A stretch of DNA of 40,982 bases. Source: Spirochaetota bacterium. Lineage in GTDB: Bacteria > Spirochaetota > UBA4802 > JAFGJZ01. Made by a program: the position numbers and the translations under genes. The stretch is taken from NCBI GenBank assembly GCA_022704645.1, contig JAKJGA010000001.1, positions 1 to 40,982 of the forward strand, in the 5' to 3' direction. The notes beneath the pieces were generated by a model that saw only the letters and a program-made list of their open reading frames with translations, did not search any database and had not been told where the DNA came from. Below, piece by piece: positions 26,039 to 35,832 of this stretch (its first letter is position 1; every line of letters begins with the position of its first letter).

Positions 26039-28126
26039 ATGCCGCTTTCGAAACTTAGAAATATCGGTATTGCCGCGCATATTGACGCGGGAAAAACAAC
26101 TACTACTGAGCGAATTCTTTTTTACACAGGTGTAAACAGAAAACTCGGAGAAGTTCATGACGGAGCGGCATCTACCGACTTCATGAAGCAGGAACAGGAA
26201 AGAGGTATTACGATCGCTTCTGCCGCAATTACAACAAAGTGGAAAGATCATCAGATTAACATCATCGATACCCCGGGTCACGTTGACTTTACTGTCGAAG
26301 TTGAACGTTCAATGCGTGTAATTGACGGACTTGTAGGTCTTTTCTGTGCTGTGGGCGGTGTTGAGCCTCAGTCTGAAACAGTTTGGAATCAGGCTGACCG
26401 TTATAAAGTACCAAGAATAGCGCTTGTAAATAAAATGGACCGTGTAGGTTCTGATTTTATGGAAGTTGTCGGTCAGTTGAATAAATATCTTGATGCCAAT
26501 GCAGTTCCTTTTCAGCTTCCTATCGGAGCTGAAGATAATTTTCAGGGGGTAATAGACCTTATGAAAATGAAGGCTGTTTATTATCCGGCTGAATTGAAAA
26601 GAGAAGAAAAAGATATTCCTGAAGACATGAAAGCTGAAGCCGAAGCTGCAAGAAAGAACATGATCGAAAAAATTGCAGATTTCAATGACGCAATCATGGA
26701 AAAGTATCTTGCAGAAGAAGAAATCGGATATGATGAACTTAAAAAAGCTGCGAGAACTGTTACTATAAATCAGAATATTACTCCCGTTTTCTGCGCATCT
26801 TCATATAAAAACAAAGGTGTAGAAGAATATCTTGATGCTGTTCTTGATTATCTTCCTTCTCCTGTTGATATTGGTTCTGTGCACGGACAGGATATTAATG
26901 ATCCTTCAAAATCTCATACAAGACATCCTGTTGAGTCCGATCCTTTTTGTGCGCTTGCGTTCAAGCTTATAAATGACCCTTATGTTGGTCAGCAGACATT
27001 TATTCGAATTTATTCCGGAAAACTTGAAAGCGGTATAACTGTACTTAATTCAACAAAAGGAAAGAAAGAGAGAATAGGACGAATTCTTAGAATTCATGCG
27101 AAAGACAGAGAAGAACTTACATCTGCAGGTGCCGGCGAAATCGTTGCACTTATCGGTATGAAAGACACTAAAACAGGCGATACTCTTTGTGATCAGGATA
27201 ATCCTGTAATTCTTGAAAAAATTCATATTCCGCCTGCGGTTATTGAAATGAAGATTACTCCGCAGAGTAAGAAAGATGAAGAGAAGCTTGGTTTTGCTCT
27301 TAACAGACTTTCAACTGAAGACCCTTCATTTAAGACTCGTGTTGATGAAGAATCAAATGAAACGGTTATCGCGGGTATGGGAGAGCTTCACCTTGAGATC
27401 ATGGTTGACCGTCTGAAAGAAGAGTATGGTCTGATAGTTGATGTCGGAGAACCGGCTGTAGCATTCAGAGAAACAATGAAGACTCCTGTTGAAAATTCTT
27501 ATAAATTTGCTAAGCAGACCGGTGGTAAAGGTATGTTCGCAAACTGTACCATCCGTTTTGAGCCTAATCCGGGTAAGGGTTTCGAGTTTGTTGATATGAT
27601 TAAGGGAGGAGCAATTCCTCAGGAATATATTCCTTCAGTTAGAAAAGGTCTTGAAGCAACTATGGATGAAGGTATTCTTGCGGGCTTCCAGGTTCTTGAC
27701 GTTAAAGCTATTCTGATAGACGGTAGTTTCCATGCAGTCGATTCATCGGATATGGCGTTCAGACTTTGTGCTTCAATGTGTTTTAAACAGGCTTTTCTAA
27801 AAGCTGATCCGATTCTTCTTGAGCCGGTAATGAAAGTTGAAGTAAATACACCGGATGATTATATCGGTGATGTAATCGGAGATCTTAACAGAAGAAGAGG
27901 TAAGATCGGAGACATGAGAAGATTCAGAAAAGGATCTCAGAAAGTTGACGCTAAAGCACCTCTTGTTGAAATGTTCGGTTATGCAACTACACTTAGATCT
28001 CTTTCAAGCGGAAGAGCAAACTATTCAATGGAATTTCATGCATATGAACAGGTTCCAAAAGACGTTCAGGAAAAAGTTGTAAAAGCAGCTGCTGAAAAAC
28101 GTGCAAAAGGCAACAAAGCCGATTAA
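26039..28126 (+). CDS. fusA: Elongation factor G
   Basis: SD GAGGGA lies upstream. G1 [10 protein letters not shown]3 DTPGH, G4 NKMD, and EF-G domains IV/V conserved ([15 protein letters not shown]). Confidence 0.95.
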   Translation: MPLSKLRNIGIAAHIDAGKTTTTERILFYTGVNRKLGEVHDGAASTDFMKQEQERGITIASAAITTKWKDHQINIIDTPGHVDFTVEVERSMRVIDGLVGLFCAVGGVEPQSETVWNQADRYKVPRIALVNKMDRVGSDFMEVVGQLNKYLDANAVPFQLPIGAEDNFQGVIDLMKMKAVYYPAELKREEKDIPEDMKAEAEAARKNMIEKIADFNDAIMEKYLAEEEIGYDELKKAARTVTINQNITPVFCASSYKNKGVEEYLDAVLDYLPSPVDIGSVHGQDINDPSKSHTRHPVESDPFCALAFKLINDPYVGQQTFIRIYSGKLESGITVLNSTKGKKERIGRILRIHAKDREELTSAGAGEIVALIGMKDTKTGDTLCDQDNPVILEKIHIPPAVIEMKITPQSKKDEEKLGFALNRLSTEDPSFKTRVDEESNETVIAGMGELHLEIMVDRLKEEYGLIVDVGEPAVAFRETMKTPVENSYKFAKQTGGKGMFANCTIRFEPNPGKGFEFVDMIKGGAIPQEYIPSVRKGLEATMDEGILAGFQVLDVKAILIDGSFHAVDSSDMAFRLCASMCFKQAFLKADPILLEPVMKVEVNTPDDYIGDVIGDLNRRRGKIGDMRRFRKGSQKVDAKAPLVEMFGYATTLRSLSSGRANYSMEFHAYEQVPKDVQEKVVKAAAEKRAKGNKAD

Positions 28127-28132
28127 TATAAT

Positions 28133-28165
28133 AAAACACCGCCTTACAGGCGGTGTTTTATTATA
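28133..28165 (+). terminator. Rho-independent terminator of fusA
   Basis: AAAACACCGCC (28133-28143) pairs with GGCGGTGTTTT (28149-28159) across loop TTACA, followed by an A/T-rich tail. Confidence 0.85.
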
Positions 28166-28382
28166 TTTCTTTCTTTAATAAATTTAATTAAAATCCTTTC
28201 TCTTTGTTTTAACTTCTTGTGTTATTTATAGAAAAATTTAAAAGTATGTCATAGATGTAAAAATATGAGTGATGTAAAGCCATATTTAAAAAAAAAATGA
28301 AAAAACTTAATAAAACGATGATAAATACCCATTTATTTTCCGTATATAATATTATAAATTGTATTGAAAGGGGACAACTAAA

Positions 28383-28904
28383 TTGAAAAGCTATGAAAAA
28401 CGTTTTGATCTGCTTTATCGAAATTACTTCAGCGATATTGTCGGATTCATCTGCAAGAAAATTCATAATTCACAAACAGCTGAAGAAATTGCTCAGGAAA
28501 TATTTTTAAATCTTTTCGCAAAGAAGAAAGAATTGCCTCCGGAATCATCGATTTCTAAAAGATATTTATTTGTGTGCGCAAAAAATAAACTGATTGATTT
28601 CTACCGTCAGAGAAAACCGAGTATTATTTCTGAACCGATAGAGAATATTGAATACATGGAGATGGAGAAGCTGAATGACTTTAATCTTGAGAATATGATT
28701 ATCCGTGAAGAAATAATTTCTACATTCTACTCTACGCTATCAACATTTAATCAATCAAAAAGAAAAGCCTATCTTTCGTGTATAGTAAAAGAAAAAAATA
28801 CCAAATACACGCAAAAATATTATCGTTTCCGCAGAAAAGTTCTTAATGAAATAAATGAAATAATGAGAACAAAACTTTCAGAATATGAAGACATGGTGAA
28901 ATGA
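28383..28904 (+). CDS. ECF-like sigma-70 family factor with an atypical region 4
   Basis: TTG start after AAGGGGA. Region 2 patterns: AEEIAQEIFLNLF and YLFVCAKNKLIDFYRQRKP. The C-terminal part (KRKAYLSCIVKEKNTKYTQKYYRFRRKVL) is short and lacks a clear HTH. Confidence 0.55.
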   Translation: MKSYEKRFDLLYRNYFSDIVGFICKKIHNSQTAEEIAQEIFLNLFAKKKELPPESSISKRYLFVCAKNKLIDFYRQRKPSIISEPIENIEYMEMEKLNDFNLENMIIREEIISTFYSTLSTFNQSKRKAYLSCIVKEKNTKYTQKYYRFRRKVLNEINEIMRTKLSEYEDMVK

Positions 28905-29951
28905 CTATTTTCTGATATTTATATTTTGCGTCGGATATGCAAACTCTATTTTTTTGGATTTGAAATATTTCATAATTTCTAAATTTATTTGTTCATTTAT
29001 CTCCATAAAGTATGCGTAATCCGGAGAAGAAATAAAATATTCTGTTTCAAAGATAATTGAATAATCTGATAATTCTTTTAAATTTGAACGTGAGTATTCT
29101 GTGTCTTTATGAGACTCGATTATTTTTTTAATTTCTATCGGAATTTTTTCAAGCTTGCTGATTTCAGTATCGTAACAGACTGAATGTGAGAGGAGTACTC
29201 TTCTTTTTTTCATTTTTGTATAATTTCTTACGGTCTTATTTGTCAGCTGATTATTTGAGAGAATAATTTCTTCACCGTTTAAGCTCAATATTCTTGTGCT
29301 TCTTATACCTATTTTAATTATTGTACCTGCGACGTCATCGAATCTTATAAAATCATTTTGCACGAAAGGTTTATCAACATATATAGTAAAGGAAGAAAAT
29401 AAATCAGAAAGAATATTTTGAAAAGCAAATGCAAAAGCAATACTGGTTATTCCAAGACTCGTAACAAGTGTTGAAACTTTGAAACCAAGATTTGAAAGAA
29501 TTATTATTAATCCTGCTGAATAAATTGCTGTCTTGGAAAGAACAATAATAATATTAAAAAAAGTTTCTGAGGATTTATATTTTTTCCCTTGGTGTATTTT
29601 GGAAAAAATAAGATTTAGGCTTTTTCCTGCTATTGAGGCTAATTCCAGAAAAACTGAAGCAATAACAAAAGTATTTATAATCATTTCTTCGGTTTTTGAT
29701 AAAGTAATCAAATTAGAGGCAATCTCAAATGATATCGCAAAAATAAGCATGTAGTGTGTTTCTGCAATAAATGAAGTGATTCGTCTTATTTTTTTATTGT
29801 TTTTAGATGCTTTTCTAAGACGCATCCTCAAAGTGCTTCTAATTGCCGAAAGAATAATGAAGATGAGAGTAGATGCTGTAAAAAAGACTACTGCTTTTGA
29901 AAAATTATTTTCTTCAATCAGAAAGTTTTTAATTGTTTCAAATGTTTCCAA
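28905..29951 (-). CDS. MscS-family mechanosensitive channel
   Basis: TM3 plus beta-domain signature: LGITSIAFAFAFQNILSDLFSSFTIYVDKPFVQNDFIRFDDVAGTIIKIGIRSTRILSLNGEEIILSNNQL (cf. E. coli MscS). TTG start with SD AGGAGA, which overlaps the upstream TAG stop. Confidence 0.85.
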   Translation of the reverse strand: METFETIKNFLIEENNFSKAVVFFTASTLIFIILSAIRSTLRMRLRKASKNNKKIRRITSFIAETHYMLIFAISFEIASNLITLSKTEEMIINTFVIASVFLELASIAGKSLNLIFSKIHQGKKYKSSETFFNIIIVLSKTAIYSAGLIIILSNLGFKVSTLVTSLGITSIAFAFAFQNILSDLFSSFTIYVDKPFVQNDFIRFDDVAGTIIKIGIRSTRILSLNGEEIILSNNQLTNKTVRNYTKMKKRRVLLSHSVCYDTEISKLEKIPIEIKKIIESHKDTEYSRSNLKELSDYSIIFETEYFISSPDYAYFMEINEQINLEIMKYFKSKKIEFAYPTQNINIRK

Positions 29952-29961
29952 AAACGTTCTC

Positions 29962-30741
29962 CTATGCAGGGAAAATATAATTTAGTGAAGAGCCGGAATT
30001 ACGGACTTTTTTAAAATCAATTTTATATAATTTGGAAGCTATGTCACTTTTCAGAAATTTATCGGATGATCCTGAAAAAAAAATGCTGAAATCCTTCATT
30101 GCTGTAATAATATCAGAAAATCTTATTGCGGTATTTATGTCGTGAACAGAAGCAATAACAGTTTTTCCTCTGTCGGCTTCGGCTCTTAAAATTGAATATA
30201 TGTTATATGCATGACTGATATCAAGATGAGATACCGGTTCATCCATAATTATAATTTCAGAATTTTTTGCGATACACCCGGCAAGCAGTGTAAGCTGAAG
30301 CTCTCCCGCTGATAAATGATTTAAAAGTTTTTTGGATAATTTTTCAATTCGGCATTTTTTGAGAGCGATATCTTTATATTCATAATCATCATTTGAAAAT
30401 GCAAAGCCTTTTTTTAATGGAAAGCGGTTAAGTAAAACGAACTCATCAACTGTTATCGGTTTTGCCGAAAAATCAGATGAAAATACCGAAGAAATAATTG
30501 ATGATTTTTCCTTTACTTCAAGCGTATCGATGCAAGTATTTCCTATAAGGACTTCACCCTTTAGAGGTCTTTGAATTCCGCATATAATTTTAAGCAATGT
30601 TGTTTTCCCTGATCCGTTGGGACCGATCAGGGATGTAAGTTTGCCTTTTGGGAAAACTGCTGACAATGATTCAAAAACATTTTTGTCTGAATATGAAAAA
30701 AAAATATTTTTTAGAACTATGTCATTTTTATTATTTAGCAT
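29962..30741 (-). CDS. FepC/BtuD-like ABC ATPase without a cognate permease and lacking the Q-loop glutamine
   Basis: Walker A GPNGSGKT, signature variant LSAGELQ, Walker B IIIMDEPVSHLD, H-loop SVHD. No Gln occurs between GIQRPL and the signature motif, where the Q-loop should be. Confidence 0.8.
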   Translation of the reverse strand: MLNNKNDIVLKNIFFSYSDKNVFESLSAVFPKGKLTSLIGPNGSGKTTLLKIICGIQRPLKGEVLIGNTCIDTLEVKEKSSIISSVFSSDFSAKPITVDEFVLLNRFPLKKGFAFSNDDYEYKDIALKKCRIEKLSKKLLNHLSAGELQLTLLAGCIAKNSEIIIMDEPVSHLDISHAYNIYSILRAEADRGKTVIASVHDINTAIRFSDIITAMKDFSIFFSGSSDKFLKSDIASKLYKIDFKKVRNSGSSLNYIFPA

Positions 30742-31360
30742 TAAAACCGTTTAAAAAATCAGTAAAGTCCTGTTTGTATTCCGGATATAGTTCCTTGCTT
30801 GTAAAAAGAGTAATTTGAGTTGAACCCTTTGAATCGGAATAAACATAATAATTGTAAACGAAATTGATGCCCTGGATAACTCCAGAGAGTTCAATAAATT
30901 TTACCTGCTTTCCGTTTACCAGACGAACTTCCGAATTAGTTATTTCAACATTCGTTGCAACTTTTTGCGCATTATCAACCACTATAGAATCAAAATTTTC
31001 CATAGGTATTCTTATTCTTTCGGTTATTATCATTGCATATGCGTCACCGGAAGAATGCTGGAAAGAAGCCTCTGCCATTTGATTTAATGATGTTGATAAA
31101 ATTTCCCATTTGGAAGGATTATATTTAACAATAAAATTGCCGCGTTTAGCATTATAAACAGATGTAGAATCTGCAGGTGTGGTAAACTGCTGTGTGATTA
31201 ATTGATCATTTTTCTTATCTTCGTTTTTTTTATCGTATTTCCATGTTCCATTCTCTGAAAGAATTATCTTTTTACCGTCTTCAGTTGTTGCTGTTATGTC
31301 CTTTGCTGAAGCATATGAACATAAAAGAAGCGCCAACATGATGTACATAATTGTCTTCAT
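30731..31360 (-). CDS. Secreted protein, DcrB/PsbP-like fold suspected
   Basis: Signal peptide MKTIMYIMLALLLCSYASA, an N-terminal GTWKY motif, then an alpha/beta region (YNPSKWEIL...GDAYAMIITERIRIP...VNGKQVKFIELSG). The fold assignment is by pattern only. Confidence 0.45.
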   Translation of the reverse strand: MKTIMYIMLALLLCSYASAKDITATTEDGKKIILSENGTWKYDKKNEDKKNDQLITQQFTTPADSTSVYNAKRGNFIVKYNPSKWEILSTSLNQMAEASFQHSSGDAYAMIITERIRIPMENFDSIVVDNAQKVATNVEITNSEVRLVNGKQVKFIELSGVIQGINFVYNYYVYSDSKGSTQITLFTSKELYPEYKQDFTDFLNGFNAK

Positions 31361-31414
31361 ATTTCCTCCGTTTTGTTTATTATCAATAATTATTGAAAAA
31401 AATCAAGTAAAGAG

Positions 31415-31936
31415 TCAATATTTATTGATGTCTTTTATGATTATTTTTAGAGCCGGAAGATACATTATTAATGAATTTTTATATGTATTGTATATGGAAA
31501 TTATGGTTTTCATATCCTCCCTCGAAATTTCATGACTAGCTTCTTCGTAAACCGTTTCTTTGCAGAAAGGACTCAGTTCTGCTGAATTGAGAAATGTCTT
31601 TATAAACTTTTCTGAATCATCTTTTTCGGGAAAGGCTTTTTCTGCGGCGGTTTTTACTTTTGATGAGCTTAATTCCTCTATGGACTTTAAAGCTTCAACG
31701 GTATCTATATTATGACGTTTCATGAAATCAGGAAGTAGTATAAGCTTATTTTTTATAATAATGAAGTTATCGGGCGCAATTGCAGACAGATTATCATTCA
31801 TGACAGTAAAAGCTATCATTTTAGGAACAAAAATATGGCTTGCAAGTATGCTTAAGCCAACCATCGAAATGATAAATATTATCCCTCTTATTTTACTTTT
31901 TAGTGAAACAGGGGGAAGTTGTCCGTAAGTTATCAT
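31415..31936 (-). CDS. Single-pass membrane-anchored protein, unknown
   Basis: 173-aa ORF with an ATG start and one TM (IIFIISMVGLSILASHIFV). It is the first gene of the minus-strand block ending in the MscS gene. Confidence 0.45.
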   Translation of the reverse strand: MITYGQLPPVSLKSKIRGIIFIISMVGLSILASHIFVPKMIAFTVMNDNLSAIAPDNFIIIKNKLILLPDFMKRHNIDTVEALKSIEELSSSKVKTAAEKAFPEKDDSEKFIKTFLNSAELSPFCKETVYEEASHEISREDMKTIISIYNTYKNSLIMYLPALKIIIKDINKY

Positions 31937-32145
31937 CGGATAAGACTGATTTACAATGTATTTTTTTCAAGAATTTTACAGTTTATTTGATCTAAAACCG
32001 TAAAATCAATTCTCAGTGCCATATAATTTCTTAATATCGATTAACCCTATAAATTTAATTTTTTTAAAACCATGATTAAAAATGCCTAATTGTATTTCAA
32101 AAATCGTCCGAGATTGATAATAAGGTGAATTTCGGAAGGTAGAAG

Positions 32146-32643
32146 ATGAGCAATTTATTTCGTGAAATTATATCGATTATTGACAGACAAACCGAGCTTT
32201 ATGAAGAGTTTCTCGGATTAGAAAGAAAAAAAACTGACTGCATTTCCGGAAATCTTGTTACGGAGCTTGAGGGAATTGTTTCTGATCAGGACAAAGTTAT
32301 TGGTCAAATTGAACTTATTGAATCAAGCAGATTAAGCTGTGTTCGTAAAATAACAGGAAAATTCTATATAAATAAGGCAAATCCATCATTACGGGATATT
32401 GCTCAATATGCGGATGATGTCTCTGGAAAAGAAATGATTCTTTGTGCTGAACGGTTAAAAAAAATAACTAATGAGCTGCAGAGAATTTTAGAAACCAATG
32501 CCAGAATGATAAAGGATAATATGAACTTTTATTCTTTGATAGTTGAGGGGATAAAAGATTCGCTTGATGATAAAAGCGCTTATTCTGCCGGAAGAGAATC
32601 AAGAGTAAAAAAGAATTCTGTTTTAATAAACAGAACAGTTTAG
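32146..32643 (+). CDS. flgN: FlgN-like flagellar export chaperone
   Basis: 165-aa helical protein immediately upstream of flgK-flgL, in the position of flgN/yvyG/flbF. SD GGAAGG precedes the ATG. Confidence 0.6.
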   Translation: MSNLFREIISIIDRQTELYEEFLGLERKKTDCISGNLVTELEGIVSDQDKVIGQIELIESSRLSCVRKITGKFYINKANPSLRDIAQYADDVSGKEMILCAERLKKITNELQRILETNARMIKDNMNFYSLIVEGIKDSLDDKSAYSAGRESRVKKNSVLINRTV

Positions 32644-32652
32644 GGGGAGTAT

Positions 32653-34557
32653 ATGAACTCGACTTTTATGGGACTTGAAATATCACGGCGGGGATTGATG
32701 TCGCACCAGCAGGCTCTTCATGTTACAGGGCATAATATTTCTAATGCAGAAAATGAAGAATATACACGTCAGCGTGTTTCGATAACTTCAATGGATCCGA
32801 TTTATGTTCCAAGTCTTAGCAGGGCCGAAACTGCCGGTCAGCTTGGTCAGGGCTCTGTTGTGGCGCAGATTGAGCGTGTGAGAAACAGCTTTATTGATGA
32901 TAGAATAGTTTCTGAAAAGAATGCAATGGGTTACTGGAATTCAAAAAATGATTTTATTTATCAGATAGAGCAGGTTTATAATGAGCCTTCAGACCAGTCA
33001 ATTAGAAGCAAAATGGATGCTTTCTGGGAATCATGGCAGGAACTCTCAAAATATCCTGAGACTCGAGCGACCCGTGAAGTTGTTAAGGAGAAAGCAAATG
33101 CTTTCTCGAATGAGATTCAGCATGTATACCGTCAGTTGGATGAACTTCAGCAGGATGCAAACCGTCAGGTTGCTGCGAAAGTTGAAGAAATCAATAACTA
33201 TGCCGCAAGTATAAGAGATTTGAACGAGCGTATCATGAAATCCGAAGCAGTCGGAGATAATCCGAATGATCTTCGTGATAAACGGGATGCACTTATTGAA
33301 AAGCTTTCAACGATTGTAAATATTTCAGTCGGCAGAAGCGATAAGGATGAAACGATTGTTTATATCGGTTCGGAAAATCTTGTTCAGGGTGAAGTGCTTC
33401 ATAAGCTTGAAGCATATCTGAATCCTGAAAATAAAGGCTTTTTCGGTGTCAGATGGGCAAAAAACGAAGCACCTGTAAAAATAACCCATGGTGAACTTGC
33501 GGGATTAATTGAAGTCAGAGATAAAATATTAAGGGATAATATTAACAGCGTCAATTCATTAGCTGTAAACATAATGGATCTGACGAATGAAATTCACCGT
33601 GACGGTTTCGGAAAGAACGGTGAAACAAATGTAAATTTCTTCAAAGAGATTATGGTTAGCGATAATGTAGAAGGAAATCATGACCTCAATAATGACGGAG
33701 TTTATGATGTATCCGCTGTATTTAAAGTAACCGGAGCGAATAAAGTTGATGCTTCCGCGGCAATAGGAATTACAGGAACTCTTACTTTTGTTTCTAATGA
33801 TGAAATTGAAGGTGAAATTCAGATCAGTTACGCTGCAACAGACAGCATCTATGATGTTATGAAAAAAATCAATGACGGTCATTTCGGTGTAAATGCATAT
33901 ATAGATCACAACAGTCATCTGGCATTGAAGGCAACAACTGCGAAAGACAGCGATAAAAAGAATTTTATGATACGTCATATAGAAGATTCCGGTCAGCTTT
34001 TCGTAGGTCTAGCCGGAATACTTAAGCAAACCGGTGCAGCCGGATCTTTTGATTACAGGCGTATCAATGATATTGCAAAGCTTTTGCCGGACAGAGAACA
34101 TGTCACTATTACTCCGCAGTACAATCCTGCTGCATATATGTCCGTTTCTACAGATATTTTGAAAGATATTGATAAAATTGCTGCAGCACAGGGAAAAGAC
34201 ATCGGCGGAACCGGAGATTTTAATAAAGGCAATAATATAGGTGACGGAAGTAATTCCCTTAGAATTGCAAATTTACGGCATAAACCGGCAATGGTTGATT
34301 CTAATTCTACTTTCAATGATTTCTATATTTCATTAGTAGCAAAAATAGGAAGTCAGGGTTCGGAATCAGACGACAGGGTCAAAAATCAGGAGACTCTTCT
34401 GGCAAATCTGAATAATCTAAGAAAATCAGTTTCCGGAGTCAGTCTTGATGAAGAAATGAGCAATATGGTTCAGTTTCAGCATGCATATAATGCAAATGCC
34501 AGAATGATCAGCACATTTGATAAAATGCTCGAAACAATTATCAGACTTGGAGCGTAA
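32653..34557 (+). CDS. flgK: Flagellar hook-associated protein 1
   Basis: N-terminus MNSTFMGLEISRRGLMSHQQALHVTGHNISNA and C-terminus MVQFQHAYNANARMISTFDKMLETII. Confidence 0.93.
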   Translation: MNSTFMGLEISRRGLMSHQQALHVTGHNISNAENEEYTRQRVSITSMDPIYVPSLSRAETAGQLGQGSVVAQIERVRNSFIDDRIVSEKNAMGYWNSKNDFIYQIEQVYNEPSDQSIRSKMDAFWESWQELSKYPETRATREVVKEKANAFSNEIQHVYRQLDELQQDANRQVAAKVEEINNYAASIRDLNERIMKSEAVGDNPNDLRDKRDALIEKLSTIVNISVGRSDKDETIVYIGSENLVQGEVLHKLEAYLNPENKGFFGVRWAKNEAPVKITHGELAGLIEVRDKILRDNINSVNSLAVNIMDLTNEIHRDGFGKNGETNVNFFKEIMVSDNVEGNHDLNNDGVYDVSAVFKVTGANKVDASAAIGITGTLTFVSNDEIEGEIQISYAATDSIYDVMKKINDGHFGVNAYIDHNSHLALKATTAKDSDKKNFMIRHIEDSGQLFVGLAGILKQTGAAGSFDYRRINDIAKLLPDREHVTITPQYNPAAYMSVSTDILKDIDKIAAAQGKDIGGTGDFNKGNNIGDGSNSLRIANLRHKPAMVDSNSTFNDFYISLVAKIGSQGSESDDRVKNQETLLANLNNLRKSVSGVSLDEEMSNMVQFQHAYNANARMISTFDKMLETIIRLGA

Positions 34558-34559
34558 TT

Positions 34560-35822
34560 ATGAATAGAATTACAAATCAGATGATAAATCAGAACATGAC
34601 TTTTAATCTTAAACGTCATCAGTATGAAATGGATAAAATAAACAATTCACTCGCTACGGGGAAGAATGTCCGTGTTCCGCGGGATAATCCGATCAATGCA
34701 ACAAATCAGATGCTGTACAGAACTAATCTTACAGAAGTAAATCAGTTCATTAAAAATATTGATGAGAGCAAATCATATCTTAATCAGGCTGATTCTACAC
34801 TTCAGTCTGTAACAAGAATTTTTCAGCGGCTTAGAGTTCTTGCCGTTCAGGGTGCAAACGGTATTTATACAAACTTCGAATTAAAGGAAGCTATGGCTAC
34901 TGAAATAAATCAGCTTCTTGAGGAGCTTGTTGCTGTTGCTAATGCCAAAGACGGAGCAGGAAGATCACTGTTCGGCGGATATATGACCGGCGATGATAAA
35001 AATCCTAATCCTTTTCTTTCAATTTATCAGACTTTAACTGCCGGAAACCAGGGTGATGCCATGACCGGTGTTGAATACAGGGGTGATATCGGCCGGCTGA
35101 CAAGAGAAGTCTCAAAAGGAGAATATGTTGATATAGGAATACCTGGTAATCAGGTTTTCTGGGCGACAAATCAGGTTCTAACTTCAAATAAGGATGCGAC
35201 AACTTATTCGTCTGACACGGACCAAGCGATTAAAATTGACGGCGTTGAGATTAAAATTAGTGCGGGAGATAATCTTGATATAATAATTGATAAAATCAAT
35301 AATGCCGGACTTGCCGTAAAAGCAAGCAAGGGCGGACGTAATAATCTGATAATTGAAACAACGACTCCTCATCAGACATGGCTTGAAGATTCAGGAAGCG
35401 GAAGAGTTCTTAAAGATTTGGGTCTTATCAATCCGCAGTTTCCAAGTCCGCCCAATAACTACGATCCGACCGTAACAGTTGACGGAATGAGTCTTTTTGA
35501 AATGGTTATCAGACTTCGCGAGGATCTTGTTGCAGGAGATCAGGAGCTCGTCGGCGGACGTGATATCGGTCTTCTTGACATGGGTCTTGAGAATGTCTTG
35601 AAAAATCTTGCAGAAATCGGCGCCAAATCAAGAAGAATTGACGAACTTGCTAAAAGAAGTGAATTTGCAAAAGCCAATATTACCGAAATGCTTTCTAAAA
35701 CTGAAGGCATTGATTATGCTGAGACGATAATGAATTTTAAATGGCTTGAATCTGTTCATCAGTATGCGCTTGCTGTCGGAGCAAAATCAATAAAATCAAC
35801 GCTAATGGATTTTTTAAGATAA
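34560..35822 (+). CDS. flgL: Flagellar hook-associated protein 3
   Basis: Flagellin-like N-terminus (RITNQM...RVLAVQGANG) and C-terminus (YALAVGAKSIKSTLMDFL). Follows flgK by 2 nt. Confidence 0.9.
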   Translation: MNRITNQMINQNMTFNLKRHQYEMDKINNSLATGKNVRVPRDNPINATNQMLYRTNLTEVNQFIKNIDESKSYLNQADSTLQSVTRIFQRLRVLAVQGANGIYTNFELKEAMATEINQLLEELVAVANAKDGAGRSLFGGYMTGDDKNPNPFLSIYQTLTAGNQGDAMTGVEYRGDIGRLTREVSKGEYVDIGIPGNQVFWATNQVLTSNKDATTYSSDTDQAIKIDGVEIKISAGDNLDIIIDKINNAGLAVKASKGGRNNLIIETTTPHQTWLEDSGSGRVLKDLGLINPQFPSPPNNYDPTVTVDGMSLFEMVIRLREDLVAGDQELVGGRDIGLLDMGLENVLKNLAEIGAKSRRIDELAKRSEFAKANITEMLSKTEGIDYAETIMNFKWLESVHQYALAVGAKSIKSTLMDFLR

Positions 35823-35832
35823 AAGAGGTTTT

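Noticed and set aside
32001-32029. Sigma-28-like promoter upstream of flgN (TAAA-N13-GCCATATAA)
   Set aside because: The spacer is too short and the -10 element mismatches GCCGATAA at several positions. It cannot be distinguished from a chance A+T-rich match.
33559-33978. 139-aa antisense ORF within flgK, and similar antisense or alternate-frame ORFs within valS (9381-9707, 10253-10525, 10670-10966), the ATPase gene (12342-12647, 12858-13115) and others
   Set aside because: They lie entirely inside confidently identified genes. Their products are low-complexity or Cys/Phe/Ile-rich, which is typical of shadow ORFs in A+T-rich DNA.
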